This document shows, one piece after another, positions 57,361 to 64,000 of a stretch of 64,000 bases of DNA; positions within the stretch are counted from its first letter, which is position 1, and every line of letters begins with the position of its first letter. The notes below the pieces were generated by a model. The model searched no databases. It had not been told where the DNA came from and was given only the letters and a program-made list of their open reading frames with translations. The translations under genes were made by a program, and so were the position numbers. Origin of the DNA: Candidatus Poriferihabitaceae bacterium (GTDB lineage: Bacteria; Pseudomonadota; Gammaproteobacteria; Arenicellales; Poriferihabitantaceae); contig OZ243931.1 of assembly GCA_965214055.1 (NCBI GenBank), forward strand, positions 462,195-526,194, read 5' to 3'.

Positions 57361-58551
57361 ATGACCTCCCGACCCCCCACACCGACCTCCAACCCCATGC
57401 TTACCGGTAGCGAGGACTTCGATGGACTGACCCATGCACAGGAATCCCTTCCCGGAACCTGGTACATTGATCCCCGCTGGTACCAGCGTGAACTGGAGAG
57501 GATTTTTTACCGGCACTGGGTCTACCTGTGTCATGCCAGCACAGTCAATGCACCGCGCTCATTTCGCCGCTTCACCATCGGCGACCAGGGAATTTTTCTC
57601 GTCCGGGACGATAAAGGTAAACTCCGGGGATTTTACAATACCTGCCGGCATCGGGGCTCCGCACTGTGCGTGGAATCCCAGGGCACCTTTTCGAACCGGC
57701 TCATTCTTTGCCCTTATCACCAGTGGGCGTATGCTCTCGACGGGCGCCTGATCAAAACCTCCTCCCATGCCGAAGCCCTGGATTTTGACAAGGCCCATTA
57801 TTCATTGCTCCCGGTCATGGTCCGGGAATGGAGAGGCGGGGTTTTTGTGTCGCTGTCCGGGACCCCACCTGACATGAGCGAGGGGTTCGGACGGGGCAGT
57901 GACCGGACAGAAAACTGGCCCATGGATGAATTGGTGGTGGGCCATACCTGGAACAGGGTACTGCAATGCAACTGGAAGGTTTTCTGGGAGAATTTCAATG
58001 AATGCCTGCACTGCCCAAACATTCATCCGGAACTGTGCGACCTGGTCCCGATATTCGGCCGTCGTATTTCCTACTTTCGGGATCATGCCCGCTGGCAGGA
58101 ATTTGAAGACAGGACCGACCCGCAGTACACAGGTGGATTACGGCCTGGTGCCCACACCTGGTCCGGGAGCGGAAATCCTGCCCCGGTCCGGTTCAGCGGT
58201 CTTGGCGAAGAGGAAATCCAGCGCGGGCAAAGCTATTTTGTCAGTCTTCCAAGTGTCTTCATTGCGGCCCATGTGGACTACATGCGCGCGGTGAGAATAC
58301 TTCCGATTGGCCCGGAGGAAACCGAGATATCCGTCGAGTGGCTGTTCCTTCCCGAAGTACTTGAGCAGGATAATTTTGACATGGCAGACATCACGGATTT
58401 TACAAAGATGGTGATGGAGCAGGATGCAGAGGTATCGGAAATCAACCAGCAGGGTCTTCACTCGGGCCCGTTCAAACAGGGAGTGCTGATGCCGGAGGAG
58501 CATTATGTCAAGGCATTCCAGGACTGGGTCCGGGAGCAGATGCGAGAGTAG
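57361..58551 (+). CDS. Rieske [2Fe-2S] non-heme iron oxygenase alpha subunit (GbcA/choline monooxygenase-like)
   Basis: The Rieske motif is CRHRGSALC...CPYHQW. The mononuclear iron motif is ENFNECLHCPNIHPEL. The start was set at the ATG at 57361, since the ORF-track start overlaps nirK. Confidence 0.85.
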   Translation: MTSRPPTPTSNPMLTGSEDFDGLTHAQESLPGTWYIDPRWYQRELERIFYRHWVYLCHASTVNAPRSFRRFTIGDQGIFLVRDDKGKLRGFYNTCRHRGSALCVESQGTFSNRLILCPYHQWAYALDGRLIKTSSHAEALDFDKAHYSLLPVMVREWRGGVFVSLSGTPPDMSEGFGRGSDRTENWPMDELVVGHTWNRVLQCNWKVFWENFNECLHCPNIHPELCDLVPIFGRRISYFRDHARWQEFEDRTDPQYTGGLRPGAHTWSGSGNPAPVRFSGLGEEEIQRGQSYFVSLPSVFIAAHVDYMRAVRILPIGPEETEISVEWLFLPEVLEQDNFDMADITDFTKMVMEQDAEVSEINQQGLHSGPFKQGVLMPEEHYVKAFQDWVREQMRE

Positions 58552-58594
58552 GAACCGGAAACACCGCCCATCCAATGCCCCCAGGCAGTGCCGG

Positions 58595-59320
58595 CTACAG
58601 GGCCATCATCAAAAACCCGGTAAACGCCGCATTGTTCGGGGAGAGACCGGGGTCCACTTCCTGTTTCATCCGGTTAACCTGGTCTCTGAAAACTTCATAA
58701 AATTCCCAGGAAGGCAGGGGGGCATACTGCAACCCCCTGAGTTCAAGTCCGTGAACAATTCCTTTCACGGTGGTCGGTTTCACAAAAACATCCCATTCAG
58801 GCCGCAGATAAAACGGGCAAATCGAAACCAGGGACCACTTCGCCAGTTTCCCTGTTTTCAGGATTTCCGTCATCCACTCAAATCCCTGCCGTTCGTTGCC
58901 ATGCAGACGTTCCTGCATGGCATCCACCAGCCAGTCTCTTTCCAACGAGTTCATGGCGTGAAGAAACTGCTTGAATTTTGGTTTTTCAAACCTTGAAACC
59001 ATGGACGACCCCCCGGTGATCCGGATCAAATCTTCGAGTACCACCTCCGGGCGCTCAAAGTCCGTTTTGCCCAGACAATCCCGGGCCATTTCCACCATTT
59101 TTCCGACCTTGTGTTTTTTCCCAAGGTCGACCAGTTCCGGATCATTGAACCCTCCGGGATACTGCAGCAGGAAATTGGCTTCTGCCTGTTTTAATCTGGC
59201 CAGGTTCATGGAGTATGTCAGCATGTACGGGAGGTTCATCCCTCCCGGGGAACGATGCGATCGCGGCGGCCGTGGGTCGACTTTCAAGCCCGCCGGGCCT
59301 CTGCCCGCATTGTACCCCAT
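58595..59320 (-). CDS. Hypothetical protein (start uncertain: 59320, 59239, 59224 or 59209)
   Basis: It is a long ORF with protein-like composition from about residue 28 onward. No family is recognised. Confidence 0.5.
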   Translation of the reverse strand: MGYNAGRGPAGLKVDPRPPRSHRSPGGMNLPYMLTYSMNLARLKQAEANFLLQYPGGFNDPELVDLGKKHKVGKMVEMARDCLGKTDFERPEVVLEDLIRITGGSSMVSRFEKPKFKQFLHAMNSLERDWLVDAMQERLHGNERQGFEWMTEILKTGKLAKWSLVSICPFYLRPEWDVFVKPTTVKGIVHGLELRGLQYAPLPSWEFYEVFRDQVNRMKQEVDPGLSPNNAAFTGFLMMAL

Positions 59321-59502
59321 ATTTTTTCCGGCAGTGAGTTACCCCTGCCCCGCAGCCGCCGGTTTCAGCACTGATGCGCTCCACCCACCCGGCACCCGGG
59401 CCGTGCGATTTCAAATCCACCAACCATCGGTCGAAATCAGTACAACGACAGGATAAAATATTCGGTATCGACTACAGAAATTTTCTGGTTTATTGTTCTA
59501 CG

Positions 59503-59979
59503 ATGGAAGAGGGAACCCACCCGCTGTCTGCACTTAGAGACATCCACCTCCCCGCTGACCCCGCAATGTGGCCCCCCGCACCGGGATGGTGGATGGTGGG
59601 AATCGTGTGGGTCCTGGTGGCCGCATGGCTGGTATGGCTCATCCGGAGAATCCGAAAACGGACCCTGCCGAAGCGCACCATCCAGGCGGATTTAATACGC
59701 CTGGATACCTGCACCGACCACATGCCGCTGAAACTCCAGAGAGTCCGTGAAATGTCCAGACTCATGCGCCGATACGCCATCCACAAATTTGGCCGGGAGA
59801 CCGTATCCGGGTTGCATGGCATCGCCTGGCTGCAGTTTCTTGATCAGTCAACGAATGGCCAGGTTTCCTTCACCCGGGGCCCGGGCCAGGTATTCGGGCA
59901 GGACCAGTATGCTTCCCGGGTGGACGTTGACCTGGAAACCCTGAAGAAACTTCTCATGGCCTGGGTCCAAAAAGTCTGA
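59503..59979 (+). CDS. DUF4381-like membrane protein (Bat operon accessory)
   Basis: LRDIHLPADPAMWPPAPGWWMVGIVWVLVAAWLVWLIRRIRK follows the pattern W-P-P-A-P-G-W-W plus a TM helix that typically precedes batA. Its stop overlaps the batA ATG. Confidence 0.7.
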   Translation: MEEGTHPLSALRDIHLPADPAMWPPAPGWWMVGIVWVLVAAWLVWLIRRIRKRTLPKRTIQADLIRLDTCTDHMPLKLQRVREMSRLMRRYAIHKFGRETVSGLHGIAWLQFLDQSTNGQVSFTRGPGQVFGQDQYASRVDVDLETLKKLLMAWVQKV

Positions 59980-61016
59980 TGTTCTCGTTTGCCTGGCCCT
60001 GGATGTTCCTGCTTTTGCCGGTCCCCGTCCTGGTGTACCGGCTTTTCCCCGCCGCCAAAACCACCCAGGCCGCCCTGCGCGTTCCCTTTTACGAACCGAT
60101 TTCCAGAATATCCGAAAACCGGCTGAAAAGCTCCCGCACCTCCAGAAAGCTGGTCATGGCCCTGATCTGGTGTTTGCTGTTGTGTGCCTCCGCAAGACCA
60201 CAGTGGATTGGGGAAACCCAGCCCATTGCGGTCAGTGGAAGGGCCCTGATGATGGCCGTTGATATTTCAGAGAGCATGAAATCCAGGGACATGCTGATTG
60301 AGGACGAACTGGTGGACCGCGTAACCGCGGTGAAACTGGTGGCCGAGGAGTTTATCGAAAGACGCACCGGCGACCGGATCGGCCTGATTCTGTTCGGGTC
60401 CCAGGCCTATCTGCAGACGCCCCTTAGTTTTGACAGGAAAACCGTAAATACCTTTTTGCAGGAGGCAGTGATCGGAATCGCCGGCAGGAAAACCGCCATT
60501 GGGGATGCGGTGGGACTGGCCATCAAACGCCTGCGCGATCAGGACAGGGGGGATATTGACAACGTGCTCATTCTGCTGACGGACGGGGCCAATACGGCGG
60601 GGATTATGGAACCGCTGCAGGCTGCACAACTGGCTCGGTCTGCCAACCTGAAGATTTATACCATCGGGGTCGGTGCGGACCCGGCCATGGTCAACCGCCT
60701 GTTCGGACAACGGCTGCTGAATGCTTCTTCGGACCTGGATGAAGAAACCCTGATTTCAATGGCCCAGGCAACCGGCGGAAGATATTTTCGTGCCCGGGAC
60801 GGGGATTCCCTGGAACAGATCTACGGAATCATCGATGACCTTGAACCGGTCAGGGATGAATCGAAATTTCTCCGGCCCATTACCGAATTGTTCTACCTGC
60901 CCCTTGCCTTGGCTTCCCTGGTGGCACTCATGATGGGCTTTCTTTGCGCCGGCCTGCCTGCCATCCTGTGGCAGCCATTTTCCCGTTTCAAAACCCGGGA
61001 CACGGCCGGCACATGA
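59979..61016 (+). CDS. batA: VWA domain-containing protein BatA
   Basis: It has the N-terminal FAWPWMFLLL TM segment and a VWA MIDAS motif (MMAVDISESM). The C-terminal TM segment is present. Confidence 0.85.
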   Translation: MFSFAWPWMFLLLPVPVLVYRLFPAAKTTQAALRVPFYEPISRISENRLKSSRTSRKLVMALIWCLLLCASARPQWIGETQPIAVSGRALMMAVDISESMKSRDMLIEDELVDRVTAVKLVAEEFIERRTGDRIGLILFGSQAYLQTPLSFDRKTVNTFLQEAVIGIAGRKTAIGDAVGLAIKRLRDQDRGDIDNVLILLTDGANTAGIMEPLQAAQLARSANLKIYTIGVGADPAMVNRLFGQRLLNASSDLDEETLISMAQATGGRYFRARDGDSLEQIYGIIDDLEPVRDESKFLRPITELFYLPLALASLVALMMGFLCAGLPAILWQPFSRFKTRDTAGT

Positions 61017-61199
61017 TCGATAAGGGAATTATATGCTTTACCAAGCAAATTCACGTTCTTGTCATCTGATGTGTAATTCCATTCAAATTCCACTCACTTA
61101 TAACCGAGAGGCAACCTTGGGGACTCAGGCGGTTGGACGGAACAGAGGCGATTGCATTGGCAACCTCAATGATCCGTCAAGAGCATATACGGCTGGATT

Positions 61200-63005
61200 A
61201 TGTATATGAGCCCCATCGATAATTTTCATTTCCTGCGGCCCCTGTATCTTCTTGTCGCACCGATTGGATTGGCACTGTGCGCCCTGCTGTGGGCCCGGCT
61301 TTCCAGCGTTTCGACCTGGAGCCGGGCCTGTGATGCCCACCTGCTGAAACATTTGCTTGTCGGCCAGGGATCCCGGCACAGCCAAATTTCCATCCTCGGC
61401 CTGGCCGGCATCTGGATCCTGGCCTCCCTGGCACTGGCGGGACCCAGCTGGGAAAGATTGCCACAACCCCTGCACCCCGTTGCGCAGGCCAGGGTCATTG
61501 TATTGGACCTGTCCCGCTCCATGGACAGCATTGATGTCCGGCCCAGCCGTTTACAGCGGGCGCGCTACAAAGTCGCGGACCTGATTACCGCCGCCCCGGG
61601 AGTCCAGCACGGCCTGGTGGTATTTGCCGGAGACGCATTCGTTGTCGCACCGCTGACGGAAGATTCGGATACCCTGCTGAACCTGGTTCCAAACCTGAAT
61701 ACCGACACCGTTCCGGTCCAGGGCAGTCGAACCGACCTGGGACTGGGGGTTGCCGAGTCCCTGTTGACCCAACCGGGAATCCGCCGGGGCGAGATCATCC
61801 TGGTTACCGATGGGGCCAGCCCGAATACGGGGGAAATCGCCCGCGCAATCGCTTCCCGGGGCCACACGGTTTCGGTGCTTGCAACCGGGACACCGGACGG
61901 GGCCCCGGTGGTCCTTGCAAATGGCGAACTGCTCAAGGATGCCCAGGGCAGTATCGTCATCCCGGGGGTGGACCCCAACCACCTGAAAAGCATCGCACAG
62001 TCCGGGAACGGCCGGTTTGCAACCCTGTCGTCCGATAACAGCGATATCAACCGGCTCACCACATCGGGGATATCCATGGTCGACCTTGACCGGAATCCGC
62101 CCGGGCTGTCTGACCACCCCCTCGATACTCTCAACACCGACCGCTGGATCGACAATGGTTTCTGGCTGACCCTGCCATTGTTGCTTCTGTGTGCCATGAG
62201 CTTCCGGCGGGGCTGGATACTGGTCATTTTTTTGATGACCCTGCCCCTCTCACCCCCCCGGGCCCTTGCCATGGAATGGGAAGACCTCTGGCTGCGGGAA
62301 GACCAGCAATACGCCCGAAACCTGAAAAACGAGGACTACGACAAAATTCCCGGTCATGCCCCGGCCAACTGGCTGGGGGCGGCCAGGTATCGTCGGGGGG
62401 ACTACGCCGGTGCCCTGGATGCCTATTCATCCGTGGAAGACAAGGATGCCCTGGCGCACTACAACCACGGAAACGCCCTGGCAAAGAACCATTCCCTGGA
62501 AGCCGCCCTGGATGCCTATCATGCGGCCCTGGACCTGAATCCGGACTTTGAGGATGCCGAATTCAACAAGGCGCTGATCGAGGAACTGCTGGCCAACCAG
62601 GAAAAACAGGACCCCCCGGCAGACCGGAGCGATGAATCCTCCAATCCCCGGACCGGCTCCCGCAACCAGGATCCGATGAGCCAGTCCGGCCATGACCAGC
62701 CCGGCCAGTCCGACGACAGCGAGGAACCGGATGACTGGGAGCCCGATGCCGGAAATACCGAGCCGGACCCGGGCTCCTTTCAGAATGAACCGCCAGACCC
62801 GGAAAAACAGGAAATGGATTCGGAACAGCCCGCCCGGTCCGATGAACCTTCAACAGAAACCGGGCAGACACCCATGGGGGAGCAGGAACAGGCGCTGAAC
62901 CAGTGGCTGCAGCGTATCCCCGATGACCCCGGGGGGTTGCTGCGACGGAAATTTTCCTACCAGTATTCGAGAAGACCACCACAGCCGGAGACCCATCCAT
63001 GGTGA
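61200..63005 (+). CDS. batB: VWA + TPR domain protein (BatB/BatC-like fusion) with acidic low-complexity tail
   Basis: It begins with FHFLRPLYLL, has a VWA MIDAS motif (VIVLDLSRSM), then TPR-like repeats (YNHGNALAKNHSLEAALDAYHAALDLNPDFEDA) and a D/E/P/Q-rich tail. Confidence 0.85.
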   Translation: MYMSPIDNFHFLRPLYLLVAPIGLALCALLWARLSSVSTWSRACDAHLLKHLLVGQGSRHSQISILGLAGIWILASLALAGPSWERLPQPLHPVAQARVIVLDLSRSMDSIDVRPSRLQRARYKVADLITAAPGVQHGLVVFAGDAFVVAPLTEDSDTLLNLVPNLNTDTVPVQGSRTDLGLGVAESLLTQPGIRRGEIILVTDGASPNTGEIARAIASRGHTVSVLATGTPDGAPVVLANGELLKDAQGSIVIPGVDPNHLKSIAQSGNGRFATLSSDNSDINRLTTSGISMVDLDRNPPGLSDHPLDTLNTDRWIDNGFWLTLPLLLLCAMSFRRGWILVIFLMTLPLSPPRALAMEWEDLWLREDQQYARNLKNEDYDKIPGHAPANWLGAARYRRGDYAGALDAYSSVEDKDALAHYNHGNALAKNHSLEAALDAYHAALDLNPDFEDAEFNKALIEELLANQEKQDPPADRSDESSNPRTGSRNQDPMSQSGHDQPGQSDDSEEPDDWEPDAGNTEPDPGSFQNEPPDPEKQEMDSEQPARSDEPSTETGQTPMGEQEQALNQWLQRIPDDPGGLLRRKFSYQYSRRPPQPETHPW

Positions 63006-64000
63006 CATTGATCCCTCTGACGACCCGGCACTGGATGGCAGCCCTGGTGACGGGAATGTTGTATTTCCCCCTTTCTGCCACTGCAGAAGTCACGGCAAAG
63101 CTGGAACGCGATACCATTTACCTGGATCAGACCGTGCGACTGATCATCGAATCGAACCAGGTTGGACAGGACAGCGTTCAGCCGGACTATTCTGCCCTTG
63201 GGAAGGATTTTACCGTCCTTGGCACCTCTTCCAGCCAGAATTTTACCTTTTTGAACGGCAAGCAGACTTCACTCAAAAGCTGGGTCACCGAGCTTGAACC
63301 CAAGGCGGAAGGCACCTTTATCATCTCCCCCATCCCCGTGGGCGGGGATCAAACCCCCGAGCTCCGGATCACGGTGCTTCCCCAGGATGCCAGCCAGCCC
63401 CTGTCTGACCGGGACATCCATGTGGAACTGGAAGTCAAGGAAGACGGGTATTATGTTCAGCAACAGGTCAACCTGGTGGTCCGCCTGTTTCTCGGCATCA
63501 ATATTTCCGATGGCACCCTGTCGGAACCCGAAGCGGCAGATACGGTGGTCAGGCGGCTGGGGAACGATGTGCGATACCAGACCAACCGGGGAAACCGGGC
63601 CTACCAGGTCATCGAACGGGAGTATGCGCTGTTTCCGTCCCGAAGCGGAATGCTTGAAATTTCACCCGTCCGGTTTCAGGGTATTGCACCGGATCCGGAA
63701 ACCGCCACCAACCCGCTGTTCAGCGGATTCTTGAATCAGGGCAAACGAATCCAGGCAAAATCACGACCCGTAACCCTGAAAATCAACCCACCCCACCCGG
63801 CCTTCAGCGGTTCCCACTGGCTCCCGGCAAAAAGCCTGGAAATCATTGACCGGACGGGAGAGTATGGGACAGTGGTCGCCGGGCAGGCGGTCACCCGGAA
63901 CATAGAAATGAATGCCGTTGGTCTCACCGCCGAACAGTTGCCCGAAATCGTTTTCCCCCCGAATAAGGAAGTCAGGCAATACCCCGACCAGCCGGTCTAT
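62999..64000 (+). CDS. batD: BatD-like (oxygen tolerance) protein, 3'-truncated by the window edge
   Basis: It is an open frame from the ATG at 62999, overlapping the batB stop, to the window end. A signal peptide is followed by the BatD-like pattern (LERDTIYLDQTVRL..., YALFPSRSGMLEISPVRF). It is absent from the ORF track because it has no stop codon. Confidence 0.75.
   Translation, partial: MVTLIPLTTRHWMAALVTGMLYFPLSATAEVTAKLERDTIYLDQTVRLIIESNQVGQDSVQPDYSALGKDFTVLGTSSSQNFTFLNGKQTSLKSWVTELEPKAEGTFIISPIPVGGDQTPELRITVLPQDASQPLSDRDIHVELEVKEDGYYVQQQVNLVVRLFLGINISDGTLSEPEAADTVVRRLGNDVRYQTNRGNRAYQVIEREYALFPSRSGMLEISPVRFQGIAPDPETATNPLFSGFLNQGKRIQAKSRPVTLKINPPHPAFSGSHWLPAKSLEIIDRTGEYGTVVAGQAVTRNIEMNAVGLTAEQLPEIVFPPNKEVRQYPDQPVY

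Overview
This 64-kb window looks like core chromosome of a GC-rich, probably gammaproteobacterial, sulfur-oxidising bacterium. All calls rest on reading the ORF translations and the DNA by eye; no database search was run.

Gene content, in order:
- tolQRA, ruvCAB, yebC and aspS
- a nucleotidyltransferase and a BI-1/YccA protein
- a LysR regulator, a TonB-dependent receptor, rppH, a nitrilase-family hydrolase, prfC, pgeF and tRNA-Ser(UGA)
- on the minus strand, a 12.7-kb dsr locus, dsrABCMKLJOPN, followed by a sensor-less histidine kinase and a NarL-type response regulator
- diverging from dsrA, a TauD-like dioxygenase, an unknown protein and an orphan Cas6/Cmx6-like RAMP protein
- an amidase / TRAP transporter / 2-hydroxyacid dehydrogenase operon
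- three small orphan genes and an atypical DsrC/TusE paralog
- pyruvate carboxylase, a class V aminotransferase and a choline-kinase-like gene
- a LIV-type ABC transporter
- a nirK(-cytochrome c)-nirV-senC cluster with an FNR-type box
- a Rieske oxygenase
- a partial Bat (aerotolerance) operon

No transposase, integrase, prophage gene or CRISPR array was seen.

Most unusual points:
- the CRISPR-less Cas6/Cmx6-like three-gene module next to dsrA
- a dsr operon with no dsrEFH, dsrR or dsrS that ends in a two-component pair lacking a sensor domain
- two long non-coding stretches flanking yccA (about 960 bp and 520 bp); the first contains a promoter-to-terminator candidate small RNA
- a DsrC-like paralog that keeps only the internal cysteine

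Many long ORFs lying antisense to real genes are GC-driven shadow ORFs and were rejected.
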